A stretch of 64,000 nt of DNA from an uncultured bacterium. Lineage in GTDB: Bacteria > Krumholzibacteriota > Krumholzibacteriia > JACNKJ01. The stretch is taken from positions 224,001-288,000 of the forward strand of contig CAVOFT010000001.1 of NCBI GenBank assembly GCA_963695095.1, given 5' to 3'. Of this stretch, positions 40,180-50,517 are shown piece by piece. The first letter of the stretch is position 1, and each line of letters begins with the position of its first letter. Under the pieces are notes generated by a model. That model worked only from the letters and a program-made list of their open reading frames with translations. It was not told the DNA's origin and ran no database searches. Made by a program: the position numbers and the translations under genes.

Positions 40180-40845
40180 ATGGCCAAGGTGGGGGTCGTC
40201 CTTTCGGGCTGCGGCGTCTTCGATGGCAGCGAGATCTACGAGACTGTCGCCACCCTGCTCGCCCTCGACCGGGCCGGCGCGCAGGTGGTGGTGGCCGCCC
40301 CGGACCTTGACTTCGACGTCGTGGACCACTACACGGGCAAGGCCACGGGCGAGCGGCGCAACGTGCTGGTCGAGTCCGCGCGCATCGTGCGCGGCAAGAT
40401 CCAGCCCCTTTCGGAGCTGGGCGCCGGCGAGATCGACGCGCTCATCCTGCCGGGCGGCTTCGGCGCGGCCAAGAACCTCTCCAACTTCGCCAGCCAGGGC
40501 GCCCACGCGGCGGCCATTCCCGAAGTCGCGCGCATCCTGCGCGAGATGCACAGGGCCGGCAAGCCGATCGGGGCCATCTGCATTGCGCCGGCCGTGCTGG
40601 CGGCGGCTTTCGAGGAGGAGAAGCTGGCTCCGGCCCTCACCATCGGCAACGACAAGGGCACGGCGGCGGCCCTCGAGGCCAAGGGCGCCAAGCACGTGGC
40701 CTGCCCGGTGCGCGAGTTCGTCGTCGACGAGAAGAACAGGATCGTGACGACGCCGGCCTACATGCTCGCCGAGCGCGTGAGCGAGGCCGCCGAGGGCATC
40801 GAGAAGCTGGTGGCCGCGGTGCTGCGCCTGGCCGGACAGCGATGA
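40180..40845 (+). CDS. elbB: ElbB/ES1 DJ-1-family glyoxalase
   Basis: VVLSGCGVFDGSEI, RNVLVESARIVRG, PGGFGAAKNL, ICIAP, VTTPAYM. Confidence 0.93.
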   Translation: MAKVGVVLSGCGVFDGSEIYETVATLLALDRAGAQVVVAAPDLDFDVVDHYTGKATGERRNVLVESARIVRGKIQPLSELGAGEIDALILPGGFGAAKNLSNFASQGAHAAAIPEVARILREMHRAGKPIGAICIAPAVLAAAFEEEKLAPALTIGNDKGTAAALEAKGAKHVACPVREFVVDEKNRIVTTPAYMLAERVSEAAEGIEKLVAAVLRLAGQR

Positions 40846-41477
40846 GCCTGCACGAGGAGGAGGTCGCCGCCTACCTGCGCGGCCTCGCGCTGCAGGACGA
40901 GGACGCGCTGCTGGCCGAGATGCACGGCCTGGCGCTGGAGCGCAGCTTTCCCATCGTCGGCCCCGAGGTGGGCCGCTTCCTCGGCCAGCTCGTGCGCTTG
41001 CTCGGCGCGCGGCGCATCTTCGAGCTGGGCTCGGGATTCGGCTACAGCGCCCTCTGGTTCGGCCGCGCCCTGCCCGAGGACGGCGAGCTCTTCTGCACGG
41101 ACGGCGACGCGGCCAACCTGGAACTCGCCCGGGGCTTCCATGGGCGCGCCGGCATCGCCGGCCTCGTGACCTACCTGCACGGCCATGCCCAGGACCTGCT
41201 CCAGGTCACGCCCGGGCTTTTCGACATCATCTTCTGCGACGTGGACAAGGAGCAGTACCCGGATATCCCCGATCTCCTGCGCGAGCACCTGCGCGTGGGC
41301 GGGGCGCTGGTCATCGACAACCTGCTCTGGGACGGCCGCGTGGCCGATCCCGAGGACGAGGAGCCGAGCACGGTGGGCGTGCGCGCCTTCACGCGGCGGA
41401 TGTGGGCGCATCCGGACTACTTCTGCAGCCTGCTGCCGGTCCGCGACGGCTTGGGACTCTGTCTGCGCCTGCGCTAG
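40842..41477 (+). CDS. O-methyltransferase (Methyltransf_3)
   Basis: FPIVGPEVG, ELGSGFGYS, FCDVDKEQY, IDNLLWDG, RDGL. Confidence 0.9.
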   Translation: MSLHEEEVAAYLRGLALQDEDALLAEMHGLALERSFPIVGPEVGRFLGQLVRLLGARRIFELGSGFGYSALWFGRALPEDGELFCTDGDAANLELARGFHGRAGIAGLVTYLHGHAQDLLQVTPGLFDIIFCDVDKEQYPDIPDLLREHLRVGGALVIDNLLWDGRVADPEDEEPSTVGVRAFTRRMWAHPDYFCSLLPVRDGLGLCLRLR

Positions 41478-41496
41478 CGGGCGGAAGGGGGTGGGG

Positions 41497-42180
41497 ATGC
41501 GCATCGCCATGGCGCTCCTGCTGGTGCTGGGACTCGCGCTGCCGGCCGCCGCCAACGGCGTGGAGGTCGATCCCGATCGCAACTCCATCCTGCTGATGCC
41601 CACGCCCGCGACCATCGGCAAGGGGGAAGTCTACTTCCGCAGCTTCGAGCTCTTCGTCCTCAACGGCGGCTACGGCATCACCGACAAGCTCGATCTGAGC
41701 GTGGCGGGCCTCTTTCCCATCAGCGCCGACTGGAACTTCATCGCCCTGGGCCTGAAGTACCGGCTTGTCGATCGTGAGGTGCACGGCTTCGGACTGGCCC
41801 TCACCGGCAGCCACATCATCGCGCCGGACGAGCAGCGCATCTCGACCTTCGGGGGCGTGGCGGGAATTGGCAACAGCCGGCGCTCGCTGAACCTTGCGAT
41901 CGACCACGGGGTGGACGAAGACGGCGACGGCGGTGAGCGGGTGATGCTCGGCGGCGACCTTCAGCTCACGAAGCGCAGCAAGGTCTTCCTGGAGTGGGCG
42001 GACAGCCAGCTCGTCTTCTCCGGCGGTGGCGATGACGATTTCAACGGCTTCCTCACCCTCGGCTTCCGCCTCTTCGGCGAGAGCATGGCCTTCACGCTGG
42101 GCGGCCTGCGCCCCCTGATCGCCGAGGATACAGGCAGCTTCATCGCCCTACCGCTGGTCATGTTCAGCGCGCACTGGTAA
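41497..42180 (+). CDS. Putative outer-membrane beta-barrel protein
   Basis: Signal peptide, PTPATIGKGE, GYGITDKL, alternating beta strands, terminal W. Confidence 0.7.
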   Translation: MRIAMALLLVLGLALPAAANGVEVDPDRNSILLMPTPATIGKGEVYFRSFELFVLNGGYGITDKLDLSVAGLFPISADWNFIALGLKYRLVDREVHGFGLALTGSHIIAPDEQRISTFGGVAGIGNSRRSLNLAIDHGVDEDGDGGERVMLGGDLQLTKRSKVFLEWADSQLVFSGGGDDDFNGFLTLGFRLFGESMAFTLGGLRPLIAEDTGSFIALPLVMFSAHW

Positions 42181-42194
42181 GGCGCGCGCAAGCC

Positions 42195-43466
42195 CTACTT
42201 CAGCAACACGAGCCGCTGCTGCACGCACGCCCCCGCCGCCGTCTCCAAGCGCACGAGATAGACGCCGCTGGCGAGGCGCTCCGGTCGCCAGGCGACGCGG
42301 GTCTCGCCCGCGGGCAGCTCGCCCGCGAGCAGCGTCTCGACGGCGCGACCGCGGGCATCGAAGATGCGCAAGGTGGCGCGGCCCGGCGCCGGCAGGCGCA
42401 GGCTCAGGGTCGTGCTCGGATTGAAGGGATTCGGGTGGGCGCTCAGGCGCAGGGCCGCGGCCGGGCTGGCGCCGGCGGCCGTGATCACGTCCTGGTGGCG
42501 ATAGAGCCCGTGCGCGGCGGTGAGCACGTAGAGGCCGTCGTCCCAGGGCGAGTAGGCGAGGTCGATGGGCGTGCCCGGCAGGGCGCCGGTCTCGTCCTCC
42601 CAGCTGTCGCCGAAGCTGCGCGAGAGCAGCACGCGGCCGTCCCAGGTGACCACGGCCAGTGCGTCCGGCGACTGCCACATGCCGCCCGGCACCGGAATGC
42701 CGATGGCGCGCCGGCAGGCGGAGGCGAGGAGCTGCGTCCACTGGCCGGGCACAGTGCTGTAGTAGAGGCCGGGATCGAGGCCGGCGAGCAGGCTCGTGGG
42801 CGGCATGGCGTCGCCGCCGGGATTGACGTAGCGCACGCAGTAGACGCCGTAGCCCGCGGGCAGATTGCCGTTGATGCTCTGCCAGCTGGCGCCTCCATCC
42901 AGGCTCCATTTCACGCCGGCATTGCCGGCGAGCAGCAGTTCGCCGGTCTCGCTTTGATCGAGATCGGTCATTGCGGTGAAGCCGTGGCCGGCCACGGGCG
43001 TCCAGCTCTCTCCGGCGTCGAGGGAGCGCAGCAGCTCGCCCGGCGCGACGTCGGACCAGGTGCAGGCCCAGTGCGCGCCGCCGTCTTGATGGATGAGGTC
43101 GGTCACGCGGCCGCCCGTGGACTCGTAGACCCAGGTCTCGGTGGCGCCGAGGTCGTCGCTGTACTCCAGGTAGCCCTTGAAGAAGGCGTTTTCGCGGCCC
43201 GTGATGACGCGCGAGGGGTTTGCATGGGCATAGTCGATGGCCCAGACCTGGCGGCCGATCCAGCCCTCCCAGTCGCGCTCCGTCCACTGGGCGCTCGCGG
43301 GGTCGTAGTAGTGGAAGCCCTCGTAGGTGCCCACGAACACCCGATCGTGTACTGGATCCACGACCAGGCGGGTGGCGTCGATGCCGGCCATGCCGAGATA
43401 CTCCCAGTCCAGGGCGGCGGCAGGCAGAGCGAGGGCGATGAGAAGGGCGGCGATGAGCGCGCGCAT
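42195..43466 (-). CDS. Secreted BNR/Asp-box beta-propeller protein with FlgD-Ig/T9SS-type tail
   Basis: Asp-boxes SDDLGAT, SLDAGESW, SLDGGASW, SRSFGDSW; HPNPFNPST...SGVYL...LVLLK. Confidence 0.85.
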   Translation of the reverse strand: MRALIAALLIALALPAAALDWEYLGMAGIDATRLVVDPVHDRVFVGTYEGFHYYDPASAQWTERDWEGWIGRQVWAIDYAHANPSRVITGRENAFFKGYLEYSDDLGATETWVYESTGGRVTDLIHQDGGAHWACTWSDVAPGELLRSLDAGESWTPVAGHGFTAMTDLDQSETGELLLAGNAGVKWSLDGGASWQSINGNLPAGYGVYCVRYVNPGGDAMPPTSLLAGLDPGLYYSTVPGQWTQLLASACRRAIGIPVPGGMWQSPDALAVVTWDGRVLLSRSFGDSWEDETGALPGTPIDLAYSPWDDGLYVLTAAHGLYRHQDVITAAGASPAAALRLSAHPNPFNPSTTLSLRLPAPGRATLRIFDARGRAVETLLAGELPAGETRVAWRPERLASGVYLVRLETAAGACVQQRLVLLK

Positions 43467-43560
43467 GGCGGGCCTCCCGGTTGCGGGCCTGCCCTGATTA
43501 TAGCCGCTTTGGGCCTGCGCTGCAGCCCGAACCCGCCCTTGACGGCAGCCGCGTGTCGGG

Positions 43561-44331
43561 CTAGCGCAGCCTGAAGACCACGGGCATCAGCACCCAGACC
43601 TCGATCGGCCGGTTCTGCAGCAGGGCCGGCTGAAAGACGGCCGTGCGCGCGCAGACGAGCGCGGCCTCGTTGAGCATGGGGATGCCGTCCACGATGAGGG
43701 CGTCCTCGATGCGGCCGTCCTTGCCCACCAGCACGCGCACGATGACCGTGCCCTCGACGCCCGCGGAGCGGGCCACATCCGGGTAGATGGGCGCGTCGAT
43801 GCGAATGCGCACGGGATCCTTCTCGACGGCCACGAAGGCGTCGGGGGCCGGCCGCGTGTCGATGTCGACGTTGACGACCAGCGAATCGCCTCCGCCCAGG
43901 TTGAGATCGCTCATCGACACCGGGGCCAGCGCCTCGGACATCTCGCTCACGGTGGCGATGGTCTGCTGCGGCGCTTGCACGTCGGGCACGGGCTCGGGCA
44001 CCCCGATCGAGGGCGGCGGCGCGGCGGCCGCCACGGCCTTGGCGATGTTCAGCTGCGGCGCCGTGGGCCTGGCGATCGAGGGCGGCACGCCGAGATCGGT
44101 GTAGCGCACGATCCTGATCTCCCGCTGTGCGACAGGCGCCGGGCTGCGCCGGGACCAGAGCTGCCAGGCGGCGAAGAGCAGCAGTCCGCAGACGAGGCTG
44201 GCGGCGGCGGCCCAGCCCAGCCAGCGCGCCGCTTCCCGGCGCAGCGGATGGCCCTCGCCGCGGGCCGGCAGGGCCGGCGCGTCGAGCAGGGAGAAGGCCC
44301 AGGGAATGTGGAGCGGGTCCTTGGCGCTCAT
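43561..44331 (-). CDS. tonB: Energy transducer TonB
   Basis: TM anchor, Pro-rich linker, YPDVARSAGVEGTV...VFRL. Confidence 0.9.
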   Translation of the reverse strand: MSAKDPLHIPWAFSLLDAPALPARGEGHPLRREAARWLGWAAAASLVCGLLLFAAWQLWSRRSPAPVAQREIRIVRYTDLGVPPSIARPTAPQLNIAKAVAAAAPPPSIGVPEPVPDVQAPQQTIATVSEMSEALAPVSMSDLNLGGGDSLVVNVDIDTRPAPDAFVAVEKDPVRIRIDAPIYPDVARSAGVEGTVIVRVLVGKDGRIEDALIVDGIPMLNEAALVCARTAVFQPALLQNRPIEVWVLMPVVFRLR

Positions 44332-44333
44332 GG

Positions 44334-44834
44334 TCAGGGCCCCCCCTCGAGGAGGCGCATGTCCTCCGCCTGCATGGCGACCAGGCTGAAGCGCTGCATG
44401 TGGACATCCTCGAGCGTGTCCATCATCTCGACCATGCCCTCGTAGCGCGCCTCGCGGTGAATCTTGACGAGGACGATCAGATCGGCGTTCGCGCGCAGGC
44501 CCTCGCTGAAGCGCTCGCCGAGGCCCTCCCAGGCGATCGTCTGCAGGGCGCCCGTGCCCTGGCGAACGAACATGGCCTCGTCACGGTCGATGTAGACCGT
44601 CATCACGTTGGACTCGGGCACTTCGACCTTGGCGCCGGGCGCCGGCATGTTCACCTCCATCGCCAGCGGGCGACGGAACACGGTGGTCACCATGAAGAAG
44701 ATGAGCAGCAGGAAAGCCACATCGACCATGGGCGTCATGTCGATGCGAATCGCCACTCGCCGCCGCGGACGGCGCAGCGCGTACTCGTCCGCCGCGATCG
44801 GTTGATTTGCCTGCTTGGGCTGGATGTCGGCCAC
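44334..44834 (-). CDS. exbD: Biopolymer transporter ExbD
   Basis: IDMTPMVDVAFLLLIFFM. Confidence 0.92.
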   Translation of the reverse strand: MADIQPKQANQPIAADEYALRRPRRRVAIRIDMTPMVDVAFLLLIFFMVTTVFRRPLAMEVNMPAPGAKVEVPESNVMTVYIDRDEAMFVRQGTGALQTIAWEGLGERFSEGLRANADLIVLVKIHREARYEGMVEMMDTLEDVHMQRFSLVAMQAEDMRLLEGGP

Positions 44835-44844
44835 AGCCGCTCCC

Positions 44845-45282
44845 TCAGTTCGTGGCGCCGCCGGGGCGGCGCTGTTTGAGGTCGGTCATCAGGTTGAAGC
44901 GCAGGGTTTTCGACGCCGCCAGGGTGTCCATGACGTCGACCATGGCGCCGAAGGCCGCGTCGCGGTCGCCCTTCACGATGACGACGGCGCTCGGATACTG
45001 GCTGCGCCAGCTGACGATGGCGTCCATCAGATCCGCGGGCGCCACGGCCTCGGCGTCCAGGCCCTGGGAGCTGGAAATGAAGATCTCGCCCGCCTGCGTC
45101 ACCGTGAGCACGATGGTGCCGGAATCGGGCACGTGGATCTCGGAGCTGGAGGCGGGCAGGTTCACCGCCACCGCCTCCGGTGGTTTGAACTGGGTCGTCG
45201 ACATGAAGAAGATGAGCAGCAGGAAAGCCACGTCCACCATGGGCGTCATGTCGATGCGAATGCGGATGCGGTGGGCGGCCAT
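44845..45282 (-). CDS. exbD: Biopolymer transporter ExbD
   Basis: IDMTPMVDVAFLLLIFFMSTTQFK, VIVKGD. Confidence 0.92.
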   Translation of the reverse strand: MAAHRIRIRIDMTPMVDVAFLLLIFFMSTTQFKPPEAVAVNLPASSSEIHVPDSGTIVLTVTQAGEIFISSSQGLDAEAVAPADLMDAIVSWRSQYPSAVVIVKGDRDAAFGAMVDVMDTLAASKTLRFNLMTDLKQRRPGGATN

Positions 45283-45285
45283 CGT

Positions 45286-46011
45286 CTAGGCTCCCTTCCG
45301 GTTCTCCAGGAGCTGCAGCACCTCGTAGGCGGTCTCCTCGGTTTCGGTGTTGAAGCCGTCCACGCGCGTCGTGAAGTAGTTGTAGAGCACGGTGCCGACG
45401 ATGGCGGTGACCAGGCCGAGCGCCGTGTTCACGAGGGCCTCCGAGATGCCGAGGGCGAGCTGGGTGGCGTCCGGCGCGCCGGCGTGCGACATGGCGCGGA
45501 AGGAGCGGATCATGCCGATCGTCGTCCCCAGCAGGCCCACCAGGGTGGCGATGGAGGCCAGCGTGGACAGCGCCGTCAGGTTGCGCTCCAGGAGCGGGCT
45601 CTCCAGGGCACTGGCCTCGTGCAGCGCGCGCCGCGTCTCGCTGATCAGGGCCTCCTGGTCCTTGCTCTCGCCGCGAAAGGCGTGATAGCGCACCAGGCCG
45701 GCGCCGATGACGTTGGCCAGGCAGCCGCCCTGGCGCTTGCAGTTCTCCACGGCCTCCTCGAGGCGGCCGGCCTGCAGGCTCTCCTTGAGCTTGCGCACGA
45801 ACGCCGGGCTGCTGCCGCGGCCCCCGGCGCGCCAGAGCACGAGGAAGCGCTCGAAGGTGAAGGTGATGACCAGGAAGAGGCAGGTCAGGCCGACGATGAT
45901 CAGCGGTCCACCCTGCTTGATGTACTCGGGCGAGTTCATCCAGATGAGCCAGGATGCGAGCACGGAGAGGACGAAAACGGGGATGAGAACCATCTTGTTC
46001 ATGCCAGCCAT
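45286..46011 (-). CDS. exbB: MotA/TolQ/ExbB proton channel protein
   Basis: ATLVGLLGTTIGMIRSF, GISEALVNTALGL. Confidence 0.92.
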   Translation of the reverse strand: MAGMNKMVLIPVFVLSVLASWLIWMNSPEYIKQGGPLIIVGLTCLFLVITFTFERFLVLWRAGGRGSSPAFVRKLKESLQAGRLEEAVENCKRQGGCLANVIGAGLVRYHAFRGESKDQEALISETRRALHEASALESPLLERNLTALSTLASIATLVGLLGTTIGMIRSFRAMSHAGAPDATQLALGISEALVNTALGLVTAIVGTVLYNYFTTRVDGFNTETEETAYEVLQLLENRKGA

Positions 46012-46061
46012 TCTCCTATCGGGTCAGGACATTGCCTTCGCGGTCGGGCCCGCGCTCGCGC

Positions 46062-47915
46062 CTAGCCATCGGCCGGCCGCGCGTGCTCGGCTTGCTCGAG
46101 GAGCTCGAGCCCCCTCGTCACGGTTGCGTTCTGCGGATCCAGCGCTTGCGCCCGCTGGAAGACGGCCCGGGCGGCGGCGAAGTCCGCCCGGCCCAGGTGG
46201 GCGTTGCCGAGTCCGGCCCAGCCCTCCGCATCTTGCGGATCGATCTCCGTCGCGCGGCGATAGGCGGCGACGGCCGCCTCGTATTGCCCCTGGCGCACGT
46301 GGCAGAAGCCGAGCCCGCGCAGGGCCCTGGCATTGTCGGGCTCCGCGGCCAGGACCAGCCGGTACTGCGCCTCGGCGGCGGCGATGGAGTCGCTGACGGC
46401 ATAGGCCTGCGCGAGCAGCAGCCGGCCGACGCTGAGCTCGGGGTTCAGGGCCAGGGCGCGCTCGAACTCCGGGGCGGCGCCCAGGTAGTCACCCGCCTGG
46501 AAGCGGGCGATGCCGAGATTGATGCGGAAGACCGGGGACTCCGGGTTCATCGTCGCGGCCTCGGCCAGATGTGCGATCGCCTCCGGCAAGCGCTGCTGCT
46601 TCATCGCGGCCAGGCCGAGCTGATAGTGGAGGTCGGCGTTCTCGGAGTCGCGCGCCAGGGCGCGCTCCAGCGCCGCCGACGCCTCGCCGGGCCGGCCGCT
46701 CTCGTCGAGGTAGGCGGCCAGGGCGATGAAGTCCCGGCTCCGCCAGGCCAGGGTATCGGGCAGTGCGGCCATCAGCGCGGCCGCCTCGCGGCGGAGCTCC
46801 GGGTCGCCGGCGTGGATCCCGGAGCGAGCGAGGGCGAAGCTGGCCTCCACGCGCTCGGGCTCCAGATCGCGGGCGGCCCTGGCCGCGCTCACGCCCTGGG
46901 CGTACTGGCCGATCTCGTAGCAGGAGTCCGCCAGATCCAGCTGGGCGGCCACATCCGCCGGCGCGAGCGCCACGTAGCGCAGGTAGACGCGCGCCGCTTG
47001 CTCGTGCTGATCGGCCCGGCGGAGCAACTGGGCCAGATCCTTCAGCGCCGGGGCGTAGGTGGAGTCCGCGGCCGCCGAACGCAGGTAGTAGTCCCGGGCT
47101 TCGTTGAAGCGGCCGACCTGCTGGCAGAGCCGGCCGAGCGCGTGCAACTCGGGCGGCGCGGGCGCGCGGCCGGAGGCCGCCAGGGCCTTTTCGTAGGCGG
47201 CGATCGCCAGGGCGGGCTCGTTGCGCTCCTCGTAGATGCGGCCGACGAGCTCGCCGTGTTCGGGGTCGCCGGGATTCAAGTACAGGGCGAGCAGGGCCTC
47301 GCGCTCGGCCGGCTCCGGTTCCTCGAGGGCCAGATGGTAGAGCGCCATGCCGTGGTGGAAGAGATCCTCGCCGCCGGCAATTCCCTGGCGCCCCTTGCCC
47401 TGATCCAGATGCCGTTTCGCCTCCTGCGGCTTGCCCTGGCCGAGCAGCAGGCGCGCCCGGCCGTAGTTGGCCGTCCAGAGCCGCTCGTCGCCCGCCAGCG
47501 CCCGCGCGATCTCCGACTCGGCCTCCGCGCTGCGACCGAGGCGAAGCAAGAGCAGCCCCAGGCCCGCGCTGGCTTCGGGGTAGGCGCCCCGCGTTCCCTG
47601 CCGCGCCGCGGCCGCCTCGCGGTAGAAGGCCTCGGCCTCCGAGTAGCGCCCCTCGCGCAGGGCCAGCTCGGCGAGTCCGAAGCGGGCGCGATGGACCTGG
47701 TAGTCGTCGGCGATGGCCCGGAGGAACTCGCCGCGCGCGCCGGCCAGCTCGCCGGCCTCCAGGGCCTTGAAGCCGAGACGGATGGGATCCTCGTCGAGGG
47801 CATAGGCCTGACGCTCGGCAGCCCCTGCCGCCACGGCGAGCGCGAGCAGGAGGGCGAGCGCGAGCCAGGGGGCATGTAACCGGTTACCCAGGCGATGCGT
47901 GACTGCGGCCCTCAT
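46062..47915 (-). CDS. Periplasmic tetratricopeptide repeat protein
   Basis: Signal peptide; many TPR units (AIAAYEKALA, FERALALNP, YRRATEIDP). Confidence 0.9.
   Translation of the reverse strand: MRAAVTHRLGNRLHAPWLALALLLALAVAAGAAERQAYALDEDPIRLGFKALEAGELAGARGEFLRAIADDYQVHRARFGLAELALREGRYSEAEAFYREAAAARQGTRGAYPEASAGLGLLLLRLGRSAEAESEIARALAGDERLWTANYGRARLLLGQGKPQEAKRHLDQGKGRQGIAGGEDLFHHGMALYHLALEEPEPAEREALLALYLNPGDPEHGELVGRIYEERNEPALAIAAYEKALAASGRAPAPPELHALGRLCQQVGRFNEARDYYLRSAAADSTYAPALKDLAQLLRRADQHEQAARVYLRYVALAPADVAAQLDLADSCYEIGQYAQGVSAARAARDLEPERVEASFALARSGIHAGDPELRREAAALMAALPDTLAWRSRDFIALAAYLDESGRPGEASAALERALARDSENADLHYQLGLAAMKQQRLPEAIAHLAEAATMNPESPVFRINLGIARFQAGDYLGAAPEFERALALNPELSVGRLLLAQAYAVSDSIAAAEAQYRLVLAAEPDNARALRGLGFCHVRQGQYEAAVAAYRRATEIDPQDAEGWAGLGNAHLGRADFAAARAVFQRAQALDPQNATVTRGLELLEQAEHARPADG
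47875..47888. promoter_or_regulatory. LacI-type operator-like palindrome TGTAACCGGTTACC
   Basis: Similar to the 49030 and 62750 sites; lies within the first codons of the TPR gene. Confidence 0.45.
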
Positions 47916-47927
47916 TCTACTCCCTCG

Positions 47928-48874
47928 TCATCGGTCCGGGGATTCGCGCTCCAGGTGGACTTCCCGCAGGATCCGCCTTGCCGGCAGATAGCCGCTGCGT
48001 TCGATCTGGCGCTGTCCGCGCGCGCTGGTCAGATGCGTCACGAGCTTGGCCGCCTCCAACCTAGCATCCTCGCGATGGCAAATGTACAGGAAATACCAGA
48101 GCGGGTACTCGCCGCTCGCCACTGCGGCGGATTCGGGCAAGTGCGCCGGATCGGCGGCCGTGGCGGCGACGGCGAGCGGGCGCGCCGCCCCTCGGGCAGC
48201 GGGCGGCGGCATCGCCAGGCTCGCCAGGAGGCCGAGGGCCTGCGGCCGATCGGAGAGGCTGCTCAGCACCGCGCGCCGACATCGCCGGCGAAGAGCACCC
48301 GCGGCGAAGCGGCCGCGGCCAGCGGATCCAGGTCGAGGGCGCGCGCGAGGGCGTCCCAGCTGCCACTGGCCGGCGCTTCGGCCACGAGGAGGCCGGCGCC
48401 GAGCGAGTCGCTGTCGGTGAGCAGGGCGCGCAGGGCATCCGCATTCACGCGCGCCGCCGCGGGCGCTGCGCTCCAGAGCTCGAGGGCGCCCAGGGCGATG
48501 GGATGCCAGCTCAGGGTGTCGCCGAGGACCTCCCGGGCCAGAGCCTGGGCGCGGGCGGAAGGCGGCGTCGTCTGCAGGGCGAGGTCGCAGCGGTCGTTGA
48601 GGAGCAGCTCGAGCGCGTGATCGGCGCCGCCGGGCGGCAGGGAGACCGCGACGGCCGGATAGTCCCTCGCATAGAGGGCGAGCAGGGTGTCCACGAGCTG
48701 CGGCGCGAGCGCGCGACCGGCCAGGCGCAGCTCGCCCGCGGGCTCGCGCTGGCCCAGCAGATCGCCCAGGCGCCCCCAGTCCAGGCCGCCCCGCAGCAGA
48801 AAGAGGCCGCCGACGATCAGCAGGTAGATCGCCACGCGGATCAGCAGCCACTGGTTGCGCGTGAAGGCCCGCAT
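47928..48874 (-). CDS. PstS-like substrate-binding domain protein; frameshift near 48275
   Basis: N-terminal TM, GGADHALELLL, C-terminal SGEYPL...LTSARGQRQIERSGYLP in another frame. Confidence 0.7.
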
Positions 48875-49027
48875 GCCTCGCTCGCTCGGTGAAGGCGCTC
48901 GCTTCGCGGTCGCCATCTTGGCCGGCGCGGATTATCCAGTTGATCGGGGAGGAGGCTTGGGTGATCCTGAACGCCTCCCGCATGTCCGCGCCGGAGCCAG
49001 GGATCGTCGAGTTGAGGCCAAGCTAGC

Positions 49028-50517
49028 ATGGAAAACGGTTACATTCCACCGCGAAGACCCGCGATCGGGGGCAGGTTCCCGCCGCGCTCCCTTGGCGCTC
49101 CGGCCCTGCTCTGCCTCGCCCTGCTGCTGGCCGGCGCCTGCTGGAGCGGAAGTTCCCCGGCGGAGCGGCCGGCGCCGAGCGCCGCGGAGAGCGCCTTCCT
49201 CGATACCCTGCAGGCCCGCACCTTTCGCTTCTTCTGGGAGCAGTGCGAGCCCGGCACGCGGCCTGGCGCCGGATCGCTACCCCACGCGGTCCTTCGCCAG
49301 CGTGGCCGCCACGGGCTTCGCGCTCACGGCCTATCCCATCGGCGTGGAGCGCGGCTACGTGGCCCGCGAAGCGGCCGCGGACCGCACGCTGCGGACCCTG
49401 CGCTTCCTCTGCGGCGCGCCGCAGGGGCCCGAGCCCACCGGCCGGGCCGGCCATCGCGGCTTCTTCTATCACTTCCTCGACCCCGCCGCGGGCACCCGCT
49501 TCGGCGGCGTGGAGCTGTCCACCGTCGACACGGCCCTGCTCATCTGGGCGCGCTGTTCTGCCAGTCCTACTTCGATGCCGGGTCGGCGGCGGAAGTGGAG
49601 ATCCGGGCTCTCGCCGATTCGCTCTACCTCCGGGCCGAGTGGGACTGGGCCTCCGTGCGGCCGCCGACCATCGGCCACGGCTGGACGCCGGAGGCCGGCC
49701 ACCTGCCCTACGACTGGCGCGGCTACAACGAGGCGATGCTCGTCTACCTCCTCGCCCTCGGGTCGCCGACGCCACCCCGTCGATCCCGCGGCCTGGCAGG
49801 CCTGGCTCGCCGGCTACCGCTGGGGCGAGTTCATGGGCCGCGAGCATCTCGGCTTCGCGCCGCTCTTCGGCCATCAGTACGCGCAGTCTGGATCGACTTC
49901 CGGGGCATCCGTCGACGCCGGGCTGGCCGCCCACGGCATCGACTACTTCGAGAACTCGCGCCGCGCGACCCTGGCCCAGCACGACTACGCGCTGGCGAAC
50001 CCCGGCGCCTGGCAGGGCTACGGCCCCCGCCTCTGGGGCCTGACCGCCTGCGACGGACCGGTCAACGGCGAGTTCGCGATCGAGGGGCGGCGGCGCCGCT
50101 TCGACACCTACTGGGCCCGGGGCGCCTCCTTCACCGAGGTGAACGACGACGGCACCGTCTGCCCCGCGGCCGCCGGCGGCTCCATCGCCTTCGCCCCGGA
50201 GATCGTCCTCCCGACGCTGATGGCCATGCGCGAGGATCACGGCGAGCATCTCTTCGGCGACTACGGCTTCCTCGATGCGCTCAATCCCAGCTTCCGGCTC
50301 GAGGTGCCCGTGCAGCACGGCCGCGTGGTGCCCGGGGCGGGGCTGGTTCGACACCGACTACCTCGGCATCGATCAGGGCCCGATCCTGGCGATGATCGAG
50401 AACTACCGCAGCGGGCTCGTCTGGGAGCGCATGCGCGGCAGCGCCCACCTGCAGCGCTGCCTGCGGGCGGCGGGCTTCAGCGGCGGCTGGCTGGACCGCG
50501 ACGCGGGCGGGCCCTGA
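49028..50517 (+). CDS. Glucoamylase-family/GH144-like endo-beta-1,2-glucanase; several frameshifts, start uncertain
   Basis: TFRFFW, GLAPDR, SVAATGF, GFFYHFLD, ELSTVDTALL, GYNEAM, PLFGHQY, WGLTACDGP, DDGT, GIDQGPIL across frames. Confidence 0.8.
49030..49043. promoter_or_regulatory. LacI-type operator upstream of/at the start of the GH144 operon
   Basis: Reverse complement TGTAACCGTTTTCC shares 11 consecutive bases with 62750-62760; directly follows -10-like TAGCAT. Confidence 0.6.

Noticed and set aside
44690..45262. Near-identical DNA stretch in two places (about 44690-44750 and 45202-45262)
   Set aside because: It encodes the conserved TM motif of the paralogous exbD genes; not a mobile repeat
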